A stretch of 34,297 nt of DNA from Octopus sinensis (taxonomy: Eukaryota), in assembly GCF_006345805.1 (NCBI RefSeq), contig NW_021831715.1, positions 1 to 34,297 on the forward strand, in the 5' to 3' direction. How positions within the stretch are numbered: the stretch's first letter is position 1; each line of letters begins with the position of its first letter. The notes under the pieces were generated by a model that had not been told where the DNA came from, made no database searches, and was given only the letters and a program-made list of their open reading frames with translations. Position numbers and translations under genes: made by a program. Shown in pieces: positions 9,826 through 21,498 of the stretch.

Positions 9826-10061
9826 ATTATTATTATTATTATTTATATTATTATTATTATTATTATTATTAGTAGTAGTAGTAGTAGTATCAACGGTATT
9901 TTTTGTAATGATGGTTGGTTATGGGAATTGTTTGTGTGGTAGTATAATTAGTATGAATAATGATACTCATACTGTAGTTGTAATATAACTCGGTCGTAGT
10001 ATGACAATTGCACAACACACAACTCGCTCCACTCCCCTCTTCACCGTGGTCGTCGTCGTTG

Positions 10062-10093
<32 letters not shown>

Positions 10094-10140
10094 GTCATCC
10101 TCATCATCATCAACGTCGTCGTCAACATCATTGTCGGCGT
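9826..10140. repeat. (ATT)n(AGT)n and (CAT/CGT)n microsatellites
   Basis: Read directly at 9826-9890 and 10045-10140. Confidence 0.9.
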
Positions 10141-10382
10141 GTTCATATTTCATTGTTGTTCCACTGCAAAATATCAACGTTAGTAGCCGAGGAAGCAAGT
10201 TTTAAAAACGAAGCAAAGAAAGAATAAGGTATATACATATATATATATAGAATATTCTTTCTTTATATTCATATTCCTTTTCTTTGTCTGACCTCCTTAG
10301 TCTCACCCTCTTCGTCTGTCTCTATTTCTCTCCACCCACTCTCTCTCTCTCTTTTTCTCTCAAGACATCTTATCTCACTCAC

Positions 10383-10503
10383 TCAGTCGATTTATCTGCA
10401 GCTGCATTTGGCTTCGTCCTGTCAGTCAAGACATCTGCTCTTGATACGCAATGATAACATTCTTTTCTGAGTTGATAGTCAGTGTCCAACCACATGCAGG
10501 TAG
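10383..10503 (+). other. Candidate first/5' exon of an unidentified gene
   Basis: CT-rich upstream tract, Inr-like TCAGTC at 10383, ATG at 10494, and overlapping strong donors CAG|GTAGGT (10499/10500) and TAG|GTAAGA (10503/10504). No transcript evidence. Confidence 0.3.
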
Positions 10504-10928
10504 GTAAGATGTGCTTTTTTTTCCCTTTCTCCCCCACATCCATTTCTTCTTTTTTTTTTGTCTCTGGAGCTGGAGATTTGAGAGCGGTGAAAAGCCGAAC
10601 CGAAAAAGCAGTGAATAACTGAAGGCGGCAAAGAAACGAGAGGTGGGAGCTGAAAGAAGCCTCGGTTTTTAGAGAAAAAAAAAAAAAAAAAAAAAAAAAA
10701 CCCCGCAGTGACAATAACTCCAACATTGCCGTCATCACTAACAACAGCAACTACACCACTACGGCTAACAATAATATTACCGAGTTCAGCATCATCCCGT
10801 CTCTGGTAACAACGAACGGTACATGCACTCACCTCCACCACCACAATTACCACCACCACCACCACTACTCGCTCATAAACCAGTCCTGACCGGTTCAACG
10901 AAAGCCGCCATTAAACAGCATCATCATT

Positions 10929-11375
10929 CTTTTACTTCTTTCGGCCATTTGAATGCGGCCATGCTGGAGCACCTCCTTGAACGGTTTTAGTCGAACAAAT
11001 CCACACCAGGACTTATTTTTCTTAAGCCTTGTACTTATTCTATCGCTCTGTTTTGCCGAACCGCTAATCACGGGGACGTAGACATACCAACACCGGTTGT
11101 CAAGCAGTGATGGGGTAGGGGAACAAGCACAGACTTAGTTACATACACATAAATACATACACACACAAACGCACATACTTATACGCACAAACACACACAC
11201 GCACGCACACACTCACACACACACACACATATCTATATATAAACTGTGGGCTTCTCTAAGCTTCCGTCTACCAAATCCACTCGCAAGGCATTTGTGGGCC
11301 CGAGGCTATAGCAGAGGATATTTATCCAGGGTGTCTCGCAGTGGGACTGAACTCGGAACCTCTCAGCCATGCCTG
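10929..11375 (-). mobile_element. SINE family A, near full-length
   Basis: Reverse complement of the family A tail, internal (CA)n, and GCAGTGGGACTGAACTCGGAACC head. Confidence 0.9.
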
Positions 11376-11407
11376 CTTTGTTTGCCATTATTGTCGTCGA
11401 TATCGTC

Positions 11408-11451
<44 letters not shown>

Positions 11452-11500
11452 TCATCATCATCATCATCACCATCATCGTCATCATCATCATCAGCATTAC

Positions 11501-11732
11501 CTATTTCTTTATTACCCACAAGGGGCTAAACACAGAGGGGACAAACAAGGACAGACATAGGTATTAAGTCGATTACATCGACCCCAGTGCGTAACTGGTA
11601 CTTAATTTATCGACCCCAAAAGGATGAAAGGCAAAGTTGACCTCGGCGGAATTTGAACTCACAGCGTAACGACAGACGAAATACCGCTAAGCATTTCGCC
11701 CGGCGCGCTAACGTTTCTGCCAGCTCGCCGCC
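11501..11732 (-). mobile_element. Full-length SINE family B with 14-bp target-site duplication
   Basis: Head GGCGGCGAGCTGGCAG at 11732. ATCATCAGCATTAC occurs at 11487-11500 and 11733-11746. Inserted in a (CAT)n array. Confidence 0.95.
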
Positions 11733-11888
11733 ATCATCAGCATTACCATCATCGTCTTCACTTAGCAGTAAGACTAGTAGAGGGAGAGAGAGAGAGAGAG
11801 AGAGAGAGGGAAGAGAGAGAGAGAGAGAGGAGGGAAGAGAGAGAGAGAGGAGGGAAGAGATAGATAGATAGAGAGAGAGAGGGGGGAA

Positions 11889-11929
<41 letters not shown>

Positions 11930-12429
11930 AAATAACATCATATAAAGCAACACTAAACAAAATAATGCTGATATTAATAAAAGGAAACAAAAAAAAATTC
12001 AACAAATAGACAAATGAACTACACCGACACTGCTTGACAACAATAACAATGACAACAACATCAACAATAGCGATGGGACAGACAACGAGGAAACGGTGCA
12101 TACAGGTCGCGTGGGTGGGCGGCTTAGTGGCTGAGTGGCAGGTTGGTCGGCTGGCAGGCCGATTTCGCTTGCTGGTTTAGTTGGATAGATGCAGGTTATA
12201 AGATAGAAAGAAGGATGTTGTAGCTCCTTGACACCAGATGGTAGAGGCAATGGATGATCTTTCATTGAACCTGTCTACAAAAAAAAAAAAAAAAGAAAAA
12301 AAAAAAGAACTCCGGGCTTCGCTGTCCGTCATCTTTTGCTTGACATAAAAAAACCCTCCCCCCCTTTTAAAGTTCGAAACAAAATCGACAACGCACAACA
12401 ACGTCAACAGCAAACTCCACACTCCATCA

Positions 12430-13539
12430 CTAGTAGTAGTAGGAGCCGCAGCAGCAGCAGTAGCAGCAGCAGCAGTAGCAGCAGCAGCACCACCACCACC
12501 ACCACCACCACCACAACCACCACCACTACCACTACCACTACCACCACTACCACCACCACCACCACCACCACCACCACTACGACTACCATCACCTCTACCA
12601 CCACAACCTCTACCACCACCACCACCACCACCACCACCACCACCACCACCACCATCATCACCATCACCACTACCCAAAACATCACCACCACCACCACCAC
12701 CACTACCACCACCACCACCACCACCACACCACCACATCATCACCATCACCACTACCCAAAACCATCACCACCACCACCACCACCACTACCACCACCACCA
12801 CCACCACCACCACCACTACCACCACTACGATTACAACCACCTCTACCATCACCACCTCTACCACCACCACCACCATCACCATCACCACTACCCAAAACCA
12901 CCACCACCACCACCACCACCTCTAACCACTGTCATCACTACCACCACTAAAAGCAACAACAGCCACAACACAAACGCTGTCGCTGCCACCTATGTAGCCA
13001 CCACTACCGCCGCCGCTGCCACCACCATCTCTAACACGTTGACAACAACGACGACGACCACGACCACCACCATAACCACAATTTCTTCTTTTTCTTCTTC
13101 TTCTTCTTCTTCTTCTTCTTCTTCTTCTTCTTCTTCTTCTTCTTCTTCTTCTTCTTCTTCTTCGTCTTCTCCTTCTTCTTCACATTTCGATCGCCACCAT
13201 CGCTCTCATCACACTCGGCTTCTTACCGTAATCATCATCTGCAACATCATCATCACCACCACCACCCGACCCACCAACACCACGACGACCACCACCACCA
13301 CGGATGCCACTACCACCACCACCACTATACCACCACCACCACCACCAGTATACGCCATATTCTGCTCTTCTGAGCTTGATTTTCTGCATCCCATATCATC
13401 ACCAGTAACATCGTTGTCGTCATCATCATCATGGTAAACAGCAGCAGCCGCATCATCTTCACCAACAGCTGCGCAGCACCTAAAAAGAACCAGCCTCGGT
13501 ATTATTACTAGAAATATGGAAAATGCCACTACTACTACT

Positions 13540-13607
<68 letters not shown>

Positions 13608-13627
13608 AACTACAACAACTGCTGCTG

Positions 13628-13660
<33 letters not shown>

Positions 13661-13693
13661 ATACTACAACAACAACAACTGCTGCTGCTGCTG

Positions 13694-13733
<40 letters not shown>

Positions 13734-13987
13734 AATTGTCGCTGCTACTGTTACTGCTAGGGTTGCTATAGATAGCAACTGTCGCTATTTTTATAGCTTC
13801 ATAATTTTTATAATTATAAATAATTCTTATAAAAAAAAAAATTTTTTTTAAATAAAAAAATAAAATAATGAAATTACCAGATATATATGAAAAGAATGAT
13901 GATGAAGATGATGACAAGTAGGATGACGATGACGATCTTGATGATGATGACGGCGATGATGAAGAAGAAGAAGAAGAAGAAGAAGAA

Positions 13988-14034
<47 letters not shown>

Positions 14035-14300
14035 CGACAATGATGTTGAAGATGACGACGATGATGTTGAAGATGACGACGATGATGTTGAAGATGACGA
14101 CGATGATGTTGAAGATGACGACGATGATGTTGAAGATGACGACGGTGATGATGATGATGATAAGTAGGATGAGGAGACAACAAGGAAGGAATTGAAAAAT
14201 AAAACTAAAAAGAAACATCAATTCATAAGTGTTATTTTCTTTTCGTATAATAATAATGATAATAAAAATAATAACAACAACAACAACAACAATAATAATA
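12430..14300. repeat. Compound trinucleotide microsatellite/minisatellite cluster
   Basis: Successive CAG, CAC, TCT, CAT, CAA, CTA, GCT, GAA, GAT and AAT arrays. A TACCCAAAA-marked higher-order unit occurs at 12671, 12753 and 12889. The 21-bp unit GATGACGACGATGATGTTGAA occurs 5 times at 14030-14134. Confidence 0.95.
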
Positions 14301-14350
14301 TGCCCTAATGCTGTACCAGGTAGTTGCTCTCATGGCTTCTCATCTTAACT

Positions 14351-14393
<43 letters not shown>

Positions 14394-14570
14394 GGCGACA
14401 GAGTTGAAAGAATCTCGTAAAGCATCAACGGTGAATTCAGAAGACATCCGAACAGAGAAGGAAAAGATGAAACAGAGAAGGAATGGGTGAAATGCAAGAA
14501 CGATTTCCAGTCGCAGAGACTGAGGAAACACCTGAGCATAAGATACATAAATTAGTTGATAAGTGAACAA

Positions 14571-14743
14571 GGCGCAGGGGTGGCTGTGTGGTAAGTAGCT
14601 TGCTAACCAGCCTCATGGTTCCGGGTTCAGTCCCACTGCGTGGCATCTTGAGCAAGTGTCTTCTGGTATAGCCTCGGGCTGACCAATGCCTTGTGAGTGG
14701 ATTTGGTAGACGGAAACTGAAAGAAGCCTGTCGTATATATGTG

Positions 14744-14774
<31 letters not shown>

Positions 14775-14993
14775 TTGTGTGTCTGTGTTTGTCCTCCTAG
14801 CATTGCTTGACAACCGATGCTGGTGTGTTAATGTCCGTTACTTAGCGGTTCGGCAAAGGAGACCGATAGAATAAGTAATGGGCTTTACAAAAGAATAAGT
14901 CCCGGGGTCGAGTTGCTCGATTAAAGGCGGTGCTCCAGCATGGCCGCAGTCAAATGACTGAAACAAGTAAAAGAGTAAAAGAGTAAAGAGTAA
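14571..14993 (+). mobile_element. Full-length SINE family A (tRNA head, CORE-like block, internal TA/TG, AAGAGT tail)
   Basis: TGGCTGTGTGG (A box), GGTTCAGTCCC (B box), CATCTTGAGCAAGTGTCTT, and tail GAAACAAGTAAAAGAGTAAAAGAGTA. Confidence 0.95.
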
Positions 14994-15900
14994 GGCTCTC
15001 CGTCGTACAGAATCAGGAGACGATGTCCCATTTCCATTTCAAGAGTTGGAAGTAAGAAAAAATATTTGCATCAGTGAACCAAATTGAAAAACAAAGAACT
15101 TCATTTGTGGCGAGATTATAAATTGTTCCAAATAATGCAGAAATGCGGCCGGCTCAGGAGGCCTATCCATCGGAGAAGACATGGAATGGCATGGAATATA
15201 AAAATATATTCCGAGAGTTTTAGAAGTTCCCGTGTGTGAAGTGTTTTCAAGTGGATAACGTGTAGCAGAGCTCTGCACCAAAATTTCAGCGCAATCAACT
15301 AGAAAACCAGTTGTACAACGGAGGTTGAGATGATAAGATTGAAACTGTACTTCAAGTTTTTCCTTTTACCTTCCACTAGAACAGAGATCGGTGAAACAGG
15401 CAAAATGTAATTCATGGGGATAATAAGAATTCATTATACATAAGTAAAATTATATAAACATCATGTTCCTTGGCATCTATCATTTTCTTCTCTTTGAATC
15501 AAAGAAGTAACGTAGGTGTAAATAAATATATTTTGGGTAATTAGTTAAAAATTTCCCCGACCCCTGCCCTTGAAGGAATTTCTGATGAGGATTAGGGATC
15601 TGTCACTCCTAGTAGTTTATACCTGGGAGCCTAACAAGAACTACGCTTCGGGTCAGACCTTGGTACAATGGTTGCTAAGAGAAAGTCCCATATTCTTCAA
15701 AACCCTGGAACTAGGGTGGTTTGCATTGACTAACCACCTAACCTTAAAACTGCTGGGCGTGTCCTTTATTTAGCAAAAAATTATTAATGGCAATGTTTGT
15801 ACGAAGCGATACTTATTTAGAGAATGTACTTTAAAATCATACCTATAAATACTTATATACATATAAAGTTAATCCAAACAAGAAAACACAGAAAAAAAGA

Positions 15901-16050
15901 GAAAAAACAGCAACGCGAGGACATGGAACAATTAAAGTATTATTGACGCTCAGGAAAGAAGGGAAGGAGGGTTTAACGTTTCGAGCGGAGCTCTTCGTCA
16001 GAAACAAGGAGAAGGAAAGATCCCAAGAAGGGAAGACAGAGGAAAAAATA
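15901..16050 (-). mobile_element. PLE-like terminal repeat fragment (family F, copy 2)
   Basis: Aligns with 7102-7260, sharing CAACGCGAGGAC...TTAACGTTTCGAGCGGAGCT.TTCGTCAGAAAC. Confidence 0.75.
15971..16005 (-). ncRNA. 35-nt minimal type-I hammerhead motif, intact
   Basis: Minus strand reads GTTT-CTGACGA-A-GAGC-TCC-GCTC-GAAAC-GTT-AAAC. All stems pair perfectly. Confidence 0.8.
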
Positions 16051-16470
16051 TTTTTGCTGGTGGTGCTCAAGAGATCCCATGTTGAAAGAACAGAAGTTGG
16101 GAGGTAGACGAATCATGATTTTTGAAAGCAAGAGAGTTTTAAAAAAAGGGGAATGTGTGTGGGTGCGCGCGCGCGCGCGTGTGTGTGTGTTTGCAAGGAT
16201 GTCAAGTGTGTTTGTGCGTGCGTGTGTATACCTACATACATATATACTTACACTCACACATGTATGTATATATGTATGTATAGTAGCCGTTTAAGTCAGT
16301 TATACTTGTTAGTGCAGGCAAATGCTGAGTGTGCTCGGATATGAAGAAGCAATAAATCAGCTTTTAAGCTTTGGGCATCTCATTTATATTTTGTGGATGA
16401 TATTTGTGTGACATTTTGAACTTAATATATCTGACCTTTGCATTAAAAATGTTTTCTCTACTCTATTTAG

Positions 16471-16486
16471 CATTATCATTGAGATG
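16471..16486 (+). other. Candidate 16-nt microexon
   Basis: Acceptor GTTTTCTCTACTCTATTTAG|, exon CATTATCATTGAGATG, donor |GTAAGA. Confidence 0.3.
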
Positions 16487-17934
16487 GTAAGAAGAAAATA
16501 TAACTATCATTGATACAGTGGTAGATGTATCAGCGACATAGAGAAAAAAATGCAAAAATTATTTAGCAGATGTAGACTTAAATTGAAATATTTGCTCATG
16601 GTAATGCTTGAAAAAAGAGAGGGGATGATTCAAATCAGTATAAAACGAATGCTTGATGAAACAAAACAAAACATATCTTAGACACGACATTTGTCTATAA
16701 TCTACATAAATATTCGGCTCTACAATTGCAAATTTATAGAGTTTTGTATTAAAGAAAAAACAAAACAAATATTTACTTTATGTTTCAAGCCATTGAATAA
16801 GTGACAGCAGAACACGGCCCCAAGCCATAAACTTAATTCCAAACATGAATCCATGCGATGAAATGCAAAGTACTGTTAACCTTACCTAGATTCTGTCGGC
16901 ATTAAAATTGTTCTCAAATATTCAGGTGTCAATCACATTTCTTTCATATTGTTTTATCATTCTGCTTTACTTCACATTAACCCATTAAATATATTTTCAT
17001 ATATTTCAGCTATAATAACAGATATTTCCTACCGCCTTTGTTCTTGAAATAAATGGTACAATATCAATATGTCTTAAAAGAGATGATTATTTGTAATGAT
17101 ATCGATCTCTTTAGATACAAAGAAGAGAATAATAAGAGAGCAGCTTTCATACTTTTATCAAGAGCATTAATAATATATAAACATTTTTCAAGGACATTAT
17201 CACTAATATATGGTTCTGGTCTGAGACACATGGCCATTTTGCTTGAAATGCACGACATAGGAGAAAGAGAAATAGAAGATACGTGCATTTCTCTCGTCAG
17301 CGACGAAAGATAGATAAACTGGTACAGCTAAGAATAAAAACATTAACGAGAAATCCGAACATTTAAGCTTGAAAGTGTAAATCAGTACTAATTTTCTTCA
17401 ACCGTTTAAATGTGACAGCTAAAACAAAATTAACTACTATCAAATAAAAATTTATGTATTTATGTTATGTTATGATTGTCTTTCTGTATCAAATCTAAAA
17501 ATGTAGGGATATGATTTTGGGGTCATTTGACATAAAGGACACTGAAAAGAAAAATAACACATTACATATGGCCGATAATCTAATGTAATAATTAGCCACA
17601 TGTATTTATTCGCTATCACACAAGGATGTACTCTGGAAGTAAGGAAAGCTTTTAAAGAGCAAATAGTTTATGAATAAGTAATAATAGAAATAAAACAAAT
17701 GGGAGTGGACTGATGGAGCATTGGACAGGTGAAGTTAACAAAGAAAAGGTGAAAGAATTAAAATATGAGCAGGTTGGAGTTGTGGTGTAAAAAGGGGATA
17801 CATGTATCATTGTTAAGTCTGTTTTCATTCACAAAAAGAAAACAGACGTCGAAAGAATGTGTACCTTACAATGTTATGTTTCTCCTAGCAGCTGATCGCA
17901 ACTGTGGGCGACAATTCTCTCTCTCTGTGTGGAT

Positions 17935-17956
17935 GTATGCGTGTATGTATGTAAGT

Positions 17957-18027
<71 letters not shown>

Positions 18028-18372
18028 TCGAGTGCGCGCTTGTGTGCATGTGTGTGTATGTGCGTTTGAGTGCATGTATATATGTATGCATGTATGTATA
18101 TTTGTATGTATGTATGTATGCATGTATGTATGTATGCATGTATGTATGTATGTATGTATGTATGTATGTATGCATGTATGTATGTATGCATGTATGCATG
18201 CATGTATGTATGTATGTATGCAATTATGTATGTGGTGTGTGTAAATGCACACATTCTTTTCATATTCTACTTATTTCAATCCTTAAAATGCGATAGCGTA
18301 TCGCCTACACTGAAGCACCTGATTGTTGACAGAGTCGGAAATAACTATGAATCTGGGTAACACCACCTATTA

Positions 18373-18417
<45 letters not shown>

Positions 18418-18445
18418 ACGCACACGCACACGCACGCACACACAA
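17935..18445. repeat. (TA)n,(TG)n,(TATG)n,(CT)n microsatellites
   Basis: Read directly at 17935-18240 and 18376-18445. Confidence 0.9.
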
Positions 18446-19225
18446 ACATTATACTGTATTTAAACGTGTTGCTTTTATTGTTAAATTGTTCAAAGTAGAT
18501 TTATGTGCTTTCAAGCCACGAATACGCACAACCCAGTTTATAAACATTATGAACTACTTATATTTGAAATATTCATAAATATTTTCTCTGATCCTTAATA
18601 TTCAGTAATATTAACATATCAATTGAACATTCTGTATTTCTTGATAATTGTTTATATTTATATGCATCTGTTAACCTAACATAAAATGATATTTTAATAT
18701 TTTATGGGTTATTTACTTTTATCTTCAGAACAGACTATAATTTGAATATGACGGGAAAATAATGAACCCACGTCTTTATTTCATAACAGCTTCAAAGATT
18801 CTGTTTTCCCAAGTTTTTAACTTTTAAACAATAAAAGAATAAAACTGAAATCTAATTAAAACTAACAATGGCTGGTGTCGGTTAAAATTATTAATAATAA
18901 TAATAAAATAAAAATTTGATTTAAGTTCGGAAAGAAAGCCGTTGACGAATGTTGTATCTCCTTATGGCACTGGAACGTTAGTAATTCTCAAAGCAGAATT
19001 ATTTTCTAAAGTTATTAGTACCTGAGCTTACAATCGTTCGAATAATAAGAAAGCAGTGAACTCGACTATTTCCCCACAGATTATTTATCATATAAGATCA
19101 TTATTCATACTCGAGATAACATCGACATCTTACTGGTTTTCTCCTAGTTTTTGTGCATACGGACATAGGCTTAGCTTTATTGATTAAAATATTCGTATCG
19201 CACTCATTGAATCCCTGGTTAAACC

Positions 19226-19452
19226 TATTTCTTTATTACCCACAGGGGCTAAACACAGAGGGAACAAACAAGGACAGACATAGGTATTATGTCGATTACA
19301 TCGACCCCAGTGCGTAACTGGTACTTAATTTATCGACCCCGAAAGGATGAAAGGCAAAGTCGACCTCGGCGGAATTTGAACTCACAACGTAACGGCAGAC
19401 GAAGTACCGCAAAGCATTTCGCCCGGTGTGCTAACGCTTCTGCTAGCTCGCC
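19226..19452 (-). mobile_element. Full-length SINE family B with 12-bp target-site duplication
   Basis: CCTGGTTAAACC occurs at 19214-19225 and 19451-19462. The body matches 11501-11732. Confidence 0.95.
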
Positions 19453-19544
19453 TGGTTAAACCGCATTGTGTTGCATCTTGTACGTGTATCTTTACAAATA
19501 TCTTTGTTCCGACTCAATCCTTGAGAAGCTTGTGAAAATCGCAT

Positions 19545-19910
19545 GAAGTCCGTCGGATTATACTAGTTACGAAAAAACCGGACATTTTGATGTGTTGTGA
19601 AAGAAGAAAAGTTGTAAATCTTGTCAAGTTAATGGTTCCTCATGAAGATAACATGGACGCTGTTCGGGCTCGAGAGATTGACCGTTATGTAAACCTCCTC
19701 GAGGAATGTGAAGACGCAGGCTAGAAAGCGGAGTATTTTCCAATCGAAGTTGAATGTAGAGGGTTTGTTGGACACAGTGTGAGACGACCGTTGTTAGGCC
19801 TAACTCATCGTAAAGTCAATACCACTATGACCGATATCCAAACTACAGTGGAGAAGGCTAGCCACTGGATTTGGTTAAAAAGAGACGATGAGCGATGGCT
19901 AGAGAAATAG
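19545..19910 (+). pseudogene. C-terminal restriction-like (PD-(D/E)xK) endonuclease region of a HERO-like non-LTR retrotransposon
   Basis: Translates to ..KKPDILMCCERRKVVNLVKLMVPHEDNMDAVRAREIDRYVNLLEECEDAG*KAEYFPIEVECRGFVGHSVRR..VEKASHWIWLKRDDERWLEK*. This fits the RLE-clade pattern RPD..ELTVPWE..K..KY..L..EC...GW....P.EVG.RGF..AS.W.W as I recall it. One W>TAG stop. Missing from the ORF track. Confidence 0.85.
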
Positions 19911-20090
19911 TGAGCTTTATTTAATAACCAGTTGATCTAGCAAGCGGGGCCTCATATCAGTGAGGTGGGGGGGGGGCCAGTGCGCATTGATGCAGTTGAG
20001 AAGTAGGCCCCGAAACAGCGCGCATTCTCTCCTGATGACCCCATACACTAGCTGGCTTCCGGTATGCGGAGTTCTTGACTGGTAGCACTT
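19911..20090 (+). mobile_element. GC-rich structured 3' UTR of the HERO-like element
   Basis: Follows the stop codon. Contains multiple short inverted repeats plus GAAAC (20012) and CTGATGA (20032). Confidence 0.6.
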
Positions 20091-21498
20091 GCATGTGCAA
20101 GTTGTTTGCAAGACATTTAGGAATACCAACATACTATGGAAACCTTCTTATGAATGCCAAAAGCTCCAAAGAAGGCTCATCACGGATAAATAAATATTAT
20201 GACAACAAGCAGGTCTATACAATCAATGTTTCGTTAGCATTCATTATTAATTTAGGCAAAACTTTTCTTTCGTATTTAGACTGACAGTGATGAAAAGCGT
20301 TCATACATTACCGTTTTGGATATTCTTGTAAGCAATAAACAACATGATAAATCAATAAATACCATAAGTAACTGAATGAACAGAAAAAAAATTTGAATCC
20401 AAATGGGAAAACATTAGTTTAAATGGAAATATTAAATTATTAATAGCATATTTTAACACTAGACATGCACATAAATATGTTGGAAGGTGAACTTTATAAA
20501 ATGTGTACACTGTATGACATACAAAACTTATTCATTTTCAATCCCGCGTGATGTAAATTAAAATTTCATCCGCACATAATTAGTGCAATAATTGTCATAT
20601 ACATATGTTTATTTAGTTTTAATACTGGTTTATTAAGTACAATAATTGTGATAAACATACTGGTTTAGAATAAACAAAGAGCTTTGTAAAATAGATAAAA
20701 AGTTTAATATATTGGTTTGCAGTGAGAAAGATGAAGATCTACCATAGCTCCCAGAAATAAACTTTGCCTAGAAAAGAAAAAAAAAAGAAAAGAACGGAGT
20801 AATGTTCAAATCTCCCCGCCACGAAAAAGCAAAGCTCAAATGTATAAGGTTTATGATCAGAATTTAATTTTTCTGTATTTACTACAGTTTTGGACAAATT
20901 GTAGACGTTAATTATTGACCAATGTACCCACTAGTTTCTTCAGTATCCTACATATACTTACCAAACTTTGTTCTTAAGCAACGAAAATATTACATACATG
21001 CAACAAATTCTGAACATTTCAAATTTTGCTCTTAATCAATACTGTGATAGAGAAAATATGCAAAAATTATTAATTAGACGCCGGTTAATATTCTGTAATA
21101 TTTTTCTCATAACAAAAAATGGCAACTGATTAATTGAATAATTAATTAATTAAATCAAAGTATTACGTGGCAAAAAAGAATAAGAGCAAACATTGGTTTT
21201 AAATTTAATGATGTTCACAACTTTAGTGAACTTGCTTCATATGTACTTAAACGGCTGTTAATTTATTAGGTCAGCACACATTCCAAATATGTATGTATTT
21301 ATATATGTATGTATGTATTAATATACTATAATTATAAGCATAATTATAATTAGGGATCAGCTAATTGCTTCACCACATACCGAATTTAGAAATAGGAGTT
21401 AAAAATTCCTTTTCTACTACTGTAAGAATCTTCACGACAGTAACACACTTTTTTACGTAGGCAAAGAGAAAAACAATGAATCAACACGACTCCGATTA

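Noticed and set aside
12000-12274. Minus-strand exon after T-rich tract (GTAG|ACAG) with 88-aa ORF MKDHPLPL...
   Set aside because: The apparent acceptor may be just a poly(A/T) run. The peptide is unrecognised and there is no donor.
12177-14221. 186-204 aa Gly/Thr/Ser/Val/His-rich ORFs as a mucin or structural protein
   Set aside because: Pure triplet repeats open on both strands, no signal peptide, and no convincing splice framework.
17260-17305. CTGACGA followed by a 7-bp hairpin on the minus strand
   Set aside because: No GAAA or GUH element follows, so it is not a hammerhead.
17053-17313. Overlapping 86-aa (+) and 74-aa (-) ORFs, and a third frame with GPCR-like hydrophobicity
   Set aside because: No recognisable motif, the hydrophobic frame has stops, and the nearby acceptor at 17009 leads to stops in all frames.
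20280-20400. TDSDEKRSYITVLDILVSNK as a Penelope RT (FTxExE..LxFLD) remnant
   Set aside because: Short, stop-ridden and only loosely similar. It cannot be supported without a search.
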